DNA from: Flavobacteriales bacterium
Lineage (GTDB): Bacteria; Bacteroidota; Bacteroidia; Flavobacteriales; UBA7312
Reading direction: 5' to 3'
Assembly: GCA_049890095.1 (NCBI GenBank)
Contig: JBMHCD010000003.1
Span: 14,036 to 78,035 of the forward strand
DNA: 64,000 bases
Position numbers and translations under genes: made by a program. Under the pieces are notes generated by a model, which did not search any database, was not told where the DNA came from, and saw nothing but the letters and a program-made list of their open reading frames with translations. Within the stretch, counting starts at the first letter, position 1, and each line of letters opens with the position of its first letter. Shown here piece by piece: positions 21,834 to 32,100 of this stretch.

Positions 21834-22189
21834 GTTTAGCAGTAACCGGAAAATTAGTAAAGACACTAGATGTAGAAAGTGGAACAAGTAAAGCAGGAAA
21901 AGAATGGAAAAAACAATCCTTTGTTTTAGATACAGGTGCACAATATAACCCTGAAATTTGTTTTCAATTGTTTGGAGATGATAAAATTGCAATGATTGAT
22001 GGTATTCAACCAGGCACCGAAATAGAAGTTTCTTTCAACATTTCTTCAAGAGAATATAATGGCAGATATTATCACAATATTGATGCTTGGAGAATTAATC
22101 GTTCTGCAGCTGCAGTTGTAGATGCTCCTGCACCAACAGAATCGTTTGACAACGATGCTAGCAACGAAGAAGATGATTTACCATTCTAG
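21830..22189 (+). CDS. DUF3127 family OB-fold-like protein with DDLPF tail
   Basis: GTSKAGKEWKKQSFV...VSFNISSREYNGRYYHNIDAWRI, acidic linker, terminal DDLPF. Confidence 0.8.
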   Translation: MSLAVTGKLVKTLDVESGTSKAGKEWKKQSFVLDTGAQYNPEICFQLFGDDKIAMIDGIQPGTEIEVSFNISSREYNGRYYHNIDAWRINRSAAAVVDAPAPTESFDNDASNEEDDLPF

Positions 22190-22193
22190 ATAA

Positions 22194-23531
22194 ATGGCAA
22201 ATTGGTTAGCCAAATGGTTTAAAAAATTCATACCTGCACCATTCACCATTGCAGTCATACTTACTTTTTTTACCTTTTTGTTAGCATACATTTTTGATAC
22301 CAATAATTCAGAGAAGCCTATTGCTTCTCTTTTTTTGTATTGGGAAGAAGGACTGTGGAATCAGCCTTTAATCGTATTTGCTTTTCAAATGATGCTGATG
22401 CTAGTTTTAGGTCATGTTGTTGCACTATCTGAAATGGTCAATCGATTAATTGAAAAATTATCATCACTGATTCATAATACAGCTCAAGCTGCAGCAATAG
22501 TTACTTTTCTTACCTTAATTGTTAGTTTATTTAACTGGGGATTGGGTCTAATATTTGGGGCTATATTCGCACGAAAAATTGGAGAATATGCCGTTAAAAA
22601 GGATATCAAATTAGCATACCCTCTAATTGGAGCAGCTGGCTATTCTGGCTTAATGGTTTGGCATGGTGGAATCTCTGGATCTGCACCTATAAAAATTGCA
22701 GAGAAAGGACATTTTATGCAGGAAAAAATTGGTATCATTTCTCAAAATGCTACTATTTTTTCTACTATGAATATTACTATTAGCATCGCCTTATTAATCA
22801 TTTTACCTTTGTTAATGTATTATTTAGGTAGTAAGGCAAAAGGTATTAAGTTAACGCTAAAACAAGAACTAATTGAACAACACTCTATCTCATTTTCTGG
22901 AGCTGAAAAACTAGACCATTCCAATTGGATAGGAGTTATTTTTGGATGTATTATTATTGGTTTCAGTTTTTATAAAGCAGTTATATTACCCGAAAAATTT
23001 AACCTTTCTTTTATCACACCTAATTTCATCAATCTATTTTTATTTGGAAGTGCATTGTTAGTTCATAAAAACTTTTATCAATTTCTACGTGCCATTTCTA
23101 AATCAATAAATGGTGCTTCTGGTATATTAATTCAATTTCCATTGTATTTCGGAATAATGGGGTTGATGAAGTCTAGCGGAATGGTTTCAATGGTTTCAGA
23201 TTTTTTTGTAAATGTATCTAATCCAACAACATTTCCTATTTTTACTTTTTTAAGCGCTGGAATTGTAAATATATTTGTTCCCAGTGGAGGTGGTCAGTGG
23301 GCAATTCAAGGACCTATTGTTATTGAAGCTGCTCAACAGATTGGCGTACCTTATTGGAAAACGATTATGGCTTTAGCATATGGTGATCAAACTACCAATA
23401 TGCTACAACCTTTTTGGGCACTGCCTTTATTAGCTATCACAGGTCTTAAAGCAAAAGAAATACTACCTTACACATTAATTTTAATGCTAGTAGGTTCAAC
23501 AATTTTTATTTTAGGACTTTTACTATTTTAA
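22194..23531 (+). CDS. Short-chain fatty acid transporter (AtoE/TIGR00366 family)
   Basis: FAFQMMLMLVLGH, NWGLGLIFGAIFAR, GISGSAP, QFPLYFGIMG, VNIFVPSGGGQWAIQGP, AYGDQTTNMLQPFWALP. Confidence 0.9.
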   Translation: MANWLAKWFKKFIPAPFTIAVILTFFTFLLAYIFDTNNSEKPIASLFLYWEEGLWNQPLIVFAFQMMLMLVLGHVVALSEMVNRLIEKLSSLIHNTAQAAAIVTFLTLIVSLFNWGLGLIFGAIFARKIGEYAVKKDIKLAYPLIGAAGYSGLMVWHGGISGSAPIKIAEKGHFMQEKIGIISQNATIFSTMNITISIALLIILPLLMYYLGSKAKGIKLTLKQELIEQHSISFSGAEKLDHSNWIGVIFGCIIIGFSFYKAVILPEKFNLSFITPNFINLFLFGSALLVHKNFYQFLRAISKSINGASGILIQFPLYFGIMGLMKSSGMVSMVSDFFVNVSNPTTFPIFTFLSAGIVNIFVPSGGGQWAIQGPIVIEAAQQIGVPYWKTIMALAYGDQTTNMLQPFWALPLLAITGLKAKEILPYTLILMLVGSTIFILGLLLF

Positions 23532-24577
23532 GATCGTACATCAAAAGCATCTCGCAAGGCATTTCCTACCATCATAAATGATAAGACTAAAAGCATAATT
23601 GCTAAGCCTGGGAATATTGCAAGATATCCCTTTCCCATAATAATAAATGAATAATGATCCTTTATCATAGTTCCCCAAGAAGGTATTGGTGGCTGTGCTC
23701 CTATTCCTAAAAAACTTAATCCTGCTTCAATTAAAATTGCTGATGCAAAATTAGCTGCAGAAATAACAATTATTGGTGCAAGTACATTAGGAAGGATATG
23801 CTTAAACAATATTCTGAAATGACTATATCCTAAAACTTTACCTGCTTCTACAAATTCGGACTGTCGCAACGACATAACCTTACCTCTTACAATACGAGCT
23901 ACTTCTACCCACATAGTTAAGCCAACAGCAACAAAGACTTGCCAAAATCCTTTACCAAGTGCTAAAGTTATAGCGATTACCATAAGAAGTGTTGGGATTG
24001 ACCAAACTACATTTACAAACCACATTACCAGTTTATCTATCTTACCTCCAAAATAGCCAGAGATTAAACCCAAACTTAAGCCAATAATCAAAGAAATGAT
24101 AACAGATATAAACCCAACCGAAAGCGATACTCGGGAACCATAGAGTATTCTACTTAGTAAGTCACGACCAAATTTATCTGTCCCTAAATAATAAGTTCTC
24201 TCTATTAACTGATGTTTATTTTTAATCAACAACCAATCTGAGTTTATGCCATAAGGAATATAGTAGGCTTTATCTTCTACCATTTTAAATTTAGAAACAG
24301 GAAACTCGTTAAATGATGATGGTGTGCCAAAAAAAATCTTAGAAAAAAGATCCTGCTCTGCAATATTTTCCTTTTCCACTAAAAGGACTTGAATTTTACT
24401 TCCTGGGGGAAGAGTAGAAAGTTCAATATTCATATTATTAGAATTAGGTGTGGAATCTGGGTAAAAAGGAATACCAAAAACAGAAACAAGAATTGTTAAA
24501 GAAATAATAAAAGCACCAAAAAGCCCAAGCTTATCATTTAAAAATTTATCTTTTGCTATTTTACCTAAACTTTTCAT
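23528..24577 (-). CDS. Peptide ABC transporter permease (OppC/DppC family)
   Basis: LGTDKFGRDLLSR, GYFGGKID, FVEAGKVLG EAA motif, KHILPN, EAGLSFLGIG, PSWG. Confidence 0.9.
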   Translation of the reverse strand: MKSLGKIAKDKFLNDKLGLFGAFIISLTILVSVFGIPFYPDSTPNSNNMNIELSTLPPGSKIQVLLVEKENIAEQDLFSKIFFGTPSSFNEFPVSKFKMVEDKAYYIPYGINSDWLLIKNKHQLIERTYYLGTDKFGRDLLSRILYGSRVSLSVGFISVIISLIIGLSLGLISGYFGGKIDKLVMWFVNVVWSIPTLLMVIAITLALGKGFWQVFVAVGLTMWVEVARIVRGKVMSLRQSEFVEAGKVLGYSHFRILFKHILPNVLAPIIVISAANFASAILIEAGLSFLGIGAQPPIPSWGTMIKDHYSFIIMGKGYLAIFPGLAIMLLVLSFMMVGNALRDAFDVRS

Positions 24578-25638
24578 TTATTAAACTTTCTTCCCTTCCA
24601 GTAAAAAGTGGAAAATTGAGAAACCATTGCAATATAAACGATATATACTGGGTAAATTAATTGTAGGGCCAGAAAATTTAATTTCCATTTTTTAATTTCA
24701 AAAAAAGAAGCTTGTTTTTTAAGTAATGGATAATCAGAAAGAAACTTTATGGTTAACAATATGACGAGCAATGATAGGTCATAAAAAGCAGAAAATACTA
24801 TCGTCAAATTTGTTATAAATACGGCTAAGCTTATTTTGATTGCATCCAAGTCGTTGTAAGATGAGCTTTTTGCAGACCAGCGAATTCTTTGCTGTAAAAA
24901 AGTTTTTAAATCAGTCTTGCAATTTGTACTAACTATTGCTCTTTTATCTTTAGCAAATACTATTTTTCCTCCATTACTTTTTATGTGATGTAACAAAAAA
25001 ACATCATCTCCAGACTGCACATCATTTCTAGTGTTTTTATAATATTCTGATCTAAATGCTAAATTTGCTCCATTACACATAAATGCTTGTTGATTTGCAA
25101 TTGCACCAGCTCCAGAACCTATTAAACTAGCAAATTCTATTATTTGTACTTTTTGAAAAAAAGAAGATATAGTAGCTTTTAACAAAACAGGACCTACAAC
25201 CATTTTAATAGAATCGTCAATAAAATATTTTACCATTGTTCGAACCCAGTGTTTACCAAAAAAACAATCACCATCTGTTGTTAGAATAACTGAACCAGTA
25301 GCTAAATTTATTCCCCTATCTAAAGCCATTTTTTTTCCCTGACCATTAGACTTTAAAACATTGATATTTTTATACTTTAATAATTTTTGATAGGTATCAT
25401 CAGTCGAGTGATCATCCACAACAATTATTTCTAATAACTGTGAATCATAACTCTGCTCGGCTAAATGGTTCATTAAAGTTTCAATATTTTTAGATTCGTT
25501 TCTAACAGCAATAACAACAGAAACTTTTTCAGCAAAACCACTATTAGTATGTCTAATAATTTTATTCCAACCTAACTCCATTTTCTTTATTGAAATAAAA
25601 TAAATCAACAATATTAAAACACAAAAAAAGTAAATCAA
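24574..25638 (-). CDS. Membrane-bound glycosyltransferase family 2
   Basis: VVIAVRNE, VDDHSTD, TTDGD (DxD), CNGANLA, GDDVFLL, QQRIRW; N- and C-terminal TM segments. Confidence 0.9.
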   Translation of the reverse strand: MIYFFCVLILLIYFISIKKMELGWNKIIRHTNSGFAEKVSVVIAVRNESKNIETLMNHLAEQSYDSQLLEIIVVDDHSTDDTYQKLLKYKNINVLKSNGQGKKMALDRGINLATGSVILTTDGDCFFGKHWVRTMVKYFIDDSIKMVVGPVLLKATISSFFQKVQIIEFASLIGSGAGAIANQQAFMCNGANLAFRSEYYKNTRNDVQSGDDVFLLHHIKSNGGKIVFAKDKRAIVSTNCKTDLKTFLQQRIRWSAKSSSYNDLDAIKISLAVFITNLTIVFSAFYDLSLLVILLTIKFLSDYPLLKKQASFFEIKKWKLNFLALQLIYPVYIVYIAMVSQFSTFYWKGRKFNK

Positions 25639-26606
25639 GATCTAAAAAATTTTAAATTATAAACGAAGAAAACACCAATAATTGCAGGCAAAACCAAATT
25701 TATGGCCCACAAGGAAAAAGCTGCAGTTGTTATACCCAATAAATTATCCGAAAGTAATCCAAAAAAGAAAACCGCAACAGAACCTCTTACGCCAATTTCG
25801 GTGAGAGCTATTGTAGGTATTATTGACATACTTAAAAATGTTAATGAGCTCATCGTAACTGATTGTAAAAAAGTAATTTCTACATCAAAAAAACACATCA
25901 ATAAATAAAATTGAAAGCTAAATATTATGTACCTAAAAAAACTAAAATAAAAAATGTTTAGTAATTCATTAAATGAAAAATAAGAGAATACTTTAATGTA
26001 ATCTTGATACCTTTTTACATACGGTATTTTTCGTAGTAAAAAAGTTAAAAAAGACGTATTTAAGTAAATGAATAAAACAAATCCTATTACTAGAAAAACA
26101 AAAGAAATCAACAAAAATTTATATTGATTAAAAAAAGGAAATGGTAAAGATTCATATTGAAATGTATAATAACATAATGCTAATAATCCAAAAACTATAG
26201 TAACAACTAATTGAGAAACATTTCCGATAACGGTAAGCAAAACTGACTTAATTCTATCGGCTTTTTCTAAACAGAATACTCTGCCACCAAATTCGCCAAC
26301 TCTATTTGGAGTAAAAATAGAAACAGTTATCCCTAAAAAAATTGCTTTTATAGAAAGCCATAAACTAACACTTTCTAGCTTATTAATTAAATACTTCCAT
26401 TTTATCGCTTCGACAAACCAATTAAAAAGCATCAAGAATATTACTACAATAAATTTCCAAGGATTCTTTGTTTCCAAAATAGAAAGAAACCACAGCTTCA
26501 TTCCACTAAAATCTTCATTTGAAAAAACCTTTTTATATAGAAATCCAAATGTCAATAAGATAATTAGGACTTTGATTATTAAGCTAATTTTTTTACTACT
26601 TTGCAT
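25635..26606 (-). CDS. Lysylphosphatidylglycerol-synthase TM-domain (flippase-like, YbhN) membrane protein
   Basis: [43 protein letters not shown]; multiple TM helices. Confidence 0.82.
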   Translation of the reverse strand: MQSSKKISLIIKVLIILLTFGFLYKKVFSNEDFSGMKLWFLSILETKNPWKFIVVIFLMLFNWFVEAIKWKYLINKLESVSLWLSIKAIFLGITVSIFTPNRVGEFGGRVFCLEKADRIKSVLLTVIGNVSQLVVTIVFGLLALCYYTFQYESLPFPFFNQYKFLLISFVFLVIGFVLFIYLNTSFLTFLLRKIPYVKRYQDYIKVFSYFSFNELLNIFYFSFFRYIIFSFQFYLLMCFFDVEITFLQSVTMSSLTFLSMSIIPTIALTEIGVRGSVAVFFFGLLSDNLLGITTAAFSLWAINLVLPAIIGVFFVYNLKFFRS

Positions 26607-26627
26607 ACTGAGCTAAAATACAAAATA

Positions 26628-27191
26628 TTGACTCCTAAATCAGACAGAATAATATTAGGAATAGATCCTGGAACAAACATTATGGGATATGGGCTCATTC
26701 ATGTAAAAGGTAATAATATTAGTCTAGTTAACATGGGTGTAATTCACCTGAGTAAACTAAAAAGTCATCCTGACAAACTAAAGAGAATATTTGAACGTAC
26801 TCTTCATTTAATAGACGAATACAAACCTGATGAAATGGCTTTAGAAGCCCCATTTTTTGGTAAAAATGTACAATCTATGTTAAAGCTAGGAAGAGCTCAA
26901 GGAGTTGCAATGGCATCCGGCTTGTATAGAGAGATTCCTATTTTTGAATATGCCCCAAAAAAAATAAAAATGTCAATTACAGGAAATGGTAACGCATCTA
27001 AAGAACAAGTTGCTCAAATGCTAAAAACTCTAGTCAATGTAAAGGATTTACCTAAGCAACTCGATGCTACAGACGGATTAGCAGCCGCAGTTTGTCATTT
27101 TTTTCAAAAAAATAATTCCGAAACTAATACAACAAAAAATTATAGTGACTGGGGAGCATTTCTAAAAAACAATCCAGGAAGAAAAGGCTAA
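26628..27191 (+). CDS. ruvC: Holliday junction resolvase RuvC
   Basis: [46 protein letters not shown]; in-frame TTG at 26628 preferred, since ATG 26601 overlaps the divergent gene start. Confidence 0.95.
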   Translation: MTPKSDRIILGIDPGTNIMGYGLIHVKGNNISLVNMGVIHLSKLKSHPDKLKRIFERTLHLIDEYKPDEMALEAPFFGKNVQSMLKLGRAQGVAMASGLYREIPIFEYAPKKIKMSITGNGNASKEQVAQMLKTLVNVKDLPKQLDATDGLAAAVCHFFQKNNSETNTTKNYSDWGAFLKNNPGRKG

Positions 27192-27580
27192 AATTGATCT
27201 GAAATTGACTTAGCAATAGCCTCGAATTCTTTTTCAGTAAACTTCAACTTTGATTTACTAAAATTCATATCGCTTACAGAGTCTATAGGCAATAAATGAA
27301 TGTGGGCATGTGCAACTTCTAAACCAATAACAGATACTCCAATTCTTGAACAGCTAATAGCTTTTTTTTGAGCTATAGCAACTTTCTTAGCAAACATCCA
27401 CATTCTAGAATACTCCTCATTATTTATATCAAAAAGATAATCCGTTTCTTTTTTAGGAATGACAAGTGTGTGACCCTTTGCAATAGGAAAAATATCTAAA
27501 AAAGCTAAAAACTCATCATTTTCATAAACTTTATAGCACGGAATTTGTCCATCAATAATCTTAGAAAAAATAGTTGACAT
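27188..27580 (-). CDS. HIT family nucleotide hydrolase
   Basis: [27 protein letters not shown] triad. Confidence 0.93.
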   Translation of the reverse strand: MSTIFSKIIDGQIPCYKVYENDEFLAFLDIFPIAKGHTLVIPKKETDYLFDINNEEYSRMWMFAKKVAIAQKKAISCSRIGVSVIGLEVAHAHIHLLPIDSVSDMNFSKSKLKFTEKEFEAIAKSISDQF

Positions 27581-28053
27581 TATCTACTTATGTCTATTAT
27601 TTCAAATTTCATAAGCCCATTTGGCACTTGTATTTCAGCTATTTCTCCATTTTTTTTACCCAAAAGTCCTTTAGCTATTGGTGAGCTGATAGATATTTTT
27701 TTCTCTTTTAAATTCGCTTCACTTTCAGGAACAATAGTATAAGTCATTTTTGCTCCGTTATTTATATTTTTTATTGTTACAACAGACATAATCAATACTT
27801 TAGAGCTATCTATTTGACTTTCATCTAAAATTCTAGCTTTAGACAACTCTATTTCTAATTTTGCAATCTTAGCCTCAAGTAAACCTTGTGCTTCTTTAGC
27901 AGCATCGTACTCTGCATTTTCAGACAAATCGCCTTTATCTCTTGCTTCAGAAATTTGTTTTGCAATACTAATACGATCAACAGATTTTAATTGATGTAAT
28001 TCTGCTTTTAATTTTTCTAATCCTTCTTCAGTATAATAAACAACTTCAGACAT
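27580..28053 (-). CDS. greA: Transcription elongation factor GreA
   Basis: ARDKGDLSENAEYDAAKE, ISISSPIAKGLLGK. Confidence 0.97.
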   Translation of the reverse strand: MSEVVYYTEEGLEKLKAELHQLKSVDRISIAKQISEARDKGDLSENAEYDAAKEAQGLLEAKIAKLEIELSKARILDESQIDSSKVLIMSVVTIKNINNGAKMTYTIVPESEANLKEKKISISSPIAKGLLGKKNGEIAEIQVPNGLMKFEIIDISR

Positions 28054-28075
28054 ATGTTAGTTATTTAAAAATTGA

Positions 28076-28102
28076 AAGAGAAGACCCAAAGGGACTTCTC
28101 TT
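28076..28102 (-). other. Hairpin between the PorV-like gene and greA (terminator or greA leader attenuator)
   Basis: Minus strand AAGAGAAG-T-CCC-TTT-GGG-T-CTTCTCTT followed by TCAATTTTT, ending 22 nt before the greA ATG. Confidence 0.6.
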
Positions 28103-28127
28103 ACAAATAAGTTATTAATTTAATTTT

Positions 28128-29162
28128 TTATAAATCTATTCGAACACCGATAGAGTGAAATAATCCAAAAGTTTGAGATTGACGCATTGAATAATCTACT
28201 CCAAAATCAGTGTTATCATTTAGTGGTAATTCTACGGTGAAACCTGCTGATGGTCCAGAAAGAGCCGTAGTTTCTTCATCATCTAATGACTCTAAAATAT
28301 AACCTCCTCTCAAGGAAACTAACTCTCTAAAAGAATACTCTAATCCAAATCTGTATTGATCATTTCTGAACGAGTTAGAAGTAAATGTAGCCGCAGTAGT
28401 TACTCGATGCATTTCTGGTAATAAAGTAGCAAAATCATATGAAAAACCAATATTTAACAATGATGGCAATTCGAAATTATCAGATCGTTGATTTAGAGTC
28501 ATAGTATATTCTTCATCTGGAGCAATTCCTCTAAAAGATAATCCGTCTCCATTGAATACCATTGTTGGTCCTACATTTTTCAATGCAATACCAAAGTTTA
28601 CATGATCTTCACTACCAGTTACATATTGGATACCAGCATCTAAAGCAATACCACTAGCGGTAACATCCGTAGTACCTTCAATTATTGTTTTAATTGCAAA
28701 ACCTCCATAGATACTATTTGAAAAAGTCTTTGCATATCCTAAATTAAGATTTGTAGCTGAAATGGTAAACGTTCCTATTCCGCCATCTGGTAACAATTCA
28801 TTTGTTCTTACTATATCTGCTAAAGAGATTGACGTAATACCTATTGCCAAGACTGATGACTCGCTCATTCTTTGTGAGAAACCAAATGAATTAATTGGAA
28901 TATCTGCAATCCATGAAGTTCTTGCAAAAATTAATTCTGTCCTGTCAACAAATGCCAATCCAGCTACGTTACCATATAAGGATTCTAAACCAGTTATAGA
29001 TGCAGAATTTGCTCCGCCCCAACCTGATGATCGTACCCAAGGATTGATTAGCAACTGATCAGCTCCTGCCGAACCAACTCGATCAGGATTACCTGCTGAA
29101 AGGTCATTCATACTAGTTAATCCTATCAGAAAAACCGCTAAGTATTTTAGAGATCGTCTCAT
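28128..29162 (-). CDS. PorV/PorQ-family (UPF0164-like) outer-membrane beta-barrel
   Basis: Signal peptide; GSAGADQLLINPWVRSSGWGG, LYGNVAGLA, DAGIQY, GIALKNVG, LPSLLNIG, LRGGY, C-terminal HSIGVRIDL. Confidence 0.8.
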   Translation of the reverse strand: MRRSLKYLAVFLIGLTSMNDLSAGNPDRVGSAGADQLLINPWVRSSGWGGANSASITGLESLYGNVAGLAFVDRTELIFARTSWIADIPINSFGFSQRMSESSVLAIGITSISLADIVRTNELLPDGGIGTFTISATNLNLGYAKTFSNSIYGGFAIKTIIEGTTDVTASGIALDAGIQYVTGSEDHVNFGIALKNVGPTMVFNGDGLSFRGIAPDEEYTMTLNQRSDNFELPSLLNIGFSYDFATLLPEMHRVTTAATFTSNSFRNDQYRFGLEYSFRELVSLRGGYILESLDDEETTALSGPSAGFTVELPLNDNTDFGVDYSMRQSQTFGLFHSIGVRIDL

Positions 29163-29183
29163 ATAAAGTTTGATTAAATTATA

Positions 29184-32100
29184 TTAAAAAGTGTCAAGGT
29201 CAATTGGACGCATAACACCAAACCATTTTAAATTCTTTTCTTTTCCAAGATTAGGGATGTTTACATTAATAATGTAAGCTCCACTAGCAACTGGAATACC
29301 TTCTTGATTTTTTAAGTCCCAATCAATAGAAGCAGAACCATCACTATCCTTATAAAGTCGCTGAACTAATGATCCATTTAATGAATAAATAGAAATCACG
29401 CATTCAGCCGGAAGATTAGTAATTCTAACTCTGTTATCTAATTGACCTCCGTTTTCAACACCCTCGTATGTAGAATACGCATAGTATGGGTTAGGCACTA
29501 CATTAATCATGTCAACTACTGAATCTACTTGCTCTTCGTTTGTAAGCTGCGTAGGAGCTATATTCGTAGTAGTAAATCTATAATTTGGGTAATTTACCTT
29601 TTTATAAACTACATCTACATTAACAGGGCCACTTTGATTTGAGCTTCTAATTGTGCTAGTGTAGTATACATCTCCTAAATTACCTGCTTGCCTCCATTCT
29701 CCATCTATGTTTACAGAATCTGAAGCTGAGATAGATACTATGTCATATGCGTATAATTGATCATAATTTTGGAAATAATCTTTTAATGAAGCATTTTCAT
29801 TTGTAATATTAAATGATTCAGATATAGAGGTATCATCCACATCTCCATCCATTCGATATTCTCTTGCAACGTCAATATTTATTTCAACATCAGAAGATAA
29901 TAACTCATATCCATTAGCCAATAAAGGAACACTAACCCACATCATGTCTCTAAAGAATTCACGCTTTGAGATTACTCCTCCATTAATTGCCTCTGCAGCT
30001 GCAACTCCTTCATCATATTTAGATGAATGCACATATACGAAGTGCTTACCACCTAAATAATAACTTCCATTAAAGAATGGTGGTAAGGTTGATTGTCTTC
30101 TTGTACTAGGGTTCCAAATCATATCTCTTCCGTTATCTGCTTCTAACCAAGAATCTTCAGAGAACATTATATTTAAACGCTCACCTGACTCTTTGTTTAT
30201 AGCATATCCTGGGAACCAACCCATTCCATTACCTGTGCCGTCATTAATACCATCTTTATCAACAGATTCACCTGATCTTAAATCCATTTTTTCAACACCA
30301 CCTTCAGAATAGGTTGGATTATCTTGTGCCTCTAAAACAACGCACCTAGACCATAAAGATTTATCGCTGGTATATACAATCTGAACAGACTGCAAATTTC
30401 TTAGTCGATTATTAGTTTGTTGAAATGGTAATGAAGTATATGATTGAGAAGCATCATAACCTGGACCATCTAAGTAGAATGAAACTAATCGGTATGGTGC
30501 CCATGTACCATTTACAACATCTTCGTAAACTGCATCTGGATCAGTACTATAATCATCGAATACAGATGAATTCGGTGGTGAAGCAACATAACTACCTGCA
30601 TGAATCCAATTGTAACCCCAAAATAAAGTGTTTGCTTGAGTTACTTCTCCATCTTCATCATCTCTATCTCGTATACCAGTTAACCAAGGATTATATTCAT
30701 CTTTAAACTCAATAGATGATGAAATTAAACCGTTATTGTCTTCATAAAATGCGGAATTAGTATAATAATCCCAGTCTGGTGGATTATTTTGAGCTACATT
30801 TATTGAAAAACCTAACTCAGGAAAAATTTGTTGATTACCAACTGTTATTGTAGCATCAGACAAATAACTTTCTCCTGTAGAGATATTAACTAACTCCCAT
30901 CTGCTTTCATCAGAATCTAGCACAATTGATCTTGGATCAGAAGATGACGCGTTATATAAATTCCCGTAAAACTTAAGTGCAAATTCCGATCTTGTTAGCT
31001 TAAAAGGATCAATTACTTGAATATCAACAGGACCGCTTCCAGCAACATAGGTGGGATTTTCTGACATTCCAGCTGAAGATAAAATTTCATCCGTAGATTG
31101 TGAAGATAATTCTAATCTATTACCTCCATTACCTGCACCTAAAAATCTAGTAACTTCTACACCATCTCCTACTTCTGCATTTAACTCGGTAGTAAAAGGC
31201 TTATGAGGTATACCAGTATAAACCCTAATGTTTTTACGTCCAGACTTATATGGAGTTTGCTGACCGTCTAAATTGTTTGGATTTGTTGGATCGTATTCTT
31301 TATAATTATTATAGCCATAAGCTACTGCCATAAAATAATATGGCTGATGATTAATTAATCTTGAATTACCTGTAGCAAACTCATCATTTATAATTCTTAC
31401 TGAATGAGTAATTCCGGTGTTGGATCCTGCAACTTCTAAAGTTGGGACATTTGCACCTATTGAAACATCAAAATTATAATTAATTAAATTCGATACTGTA
31501 TCTTCAATATCAGTTTGGAATACTAATCTAGCTAAATCAGGATTATCTAAATCTGTTACACTAACATAAGGTGCTAAAATTTGATAAAACTGGTACCCCT
31601 GGAATCTGAAATATGGATCCCAATTTTCGCCTTCAGGACTTATGATTAGAGGATCAAACTCAATATATTGTTCTAAGAAATTATTAGATGTTGGACTATT
31701 TGTAAAATTAAATACTAATTCTTTATCTAATTCCACAACTTCAACATCAGGTGCATCAGGTCCATTCAATACTTTGAAGCAATTATCAAACAAAGCCTGA
31801 GCTTTATCATCAGCTAATCGTACTAATTCTACTGAAGCAAAGGCACCACCTGCTGTAGCTCTCGCCCAAACAACACCAGTAGTAATTTTGTTTACTGCTC
31901 CTGGTTCAAGCGTAAAAGGTCCTGCAGACTGTAAAAAACGTCTATCTGCAGGATCATTACCTGCTGTTTCTTCAGTCCATCCTTCTGGATCTTCCCAATC
32001 ATCTATTGTAATTTCGCCGTCAGTTCCCCAACCGTAAGGGTCAGTATCGCCTGGGAACATGAAATTAGCAATTGTAGATCCTCCACGTCCGTCACCTCCG

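Noticed and set aside
23528-24577. oppC without oppA/B/D/F as a degraded operon
   Set aside because: The ORF is intact, and dispersed ABC subunits are common in Bacteroidota.
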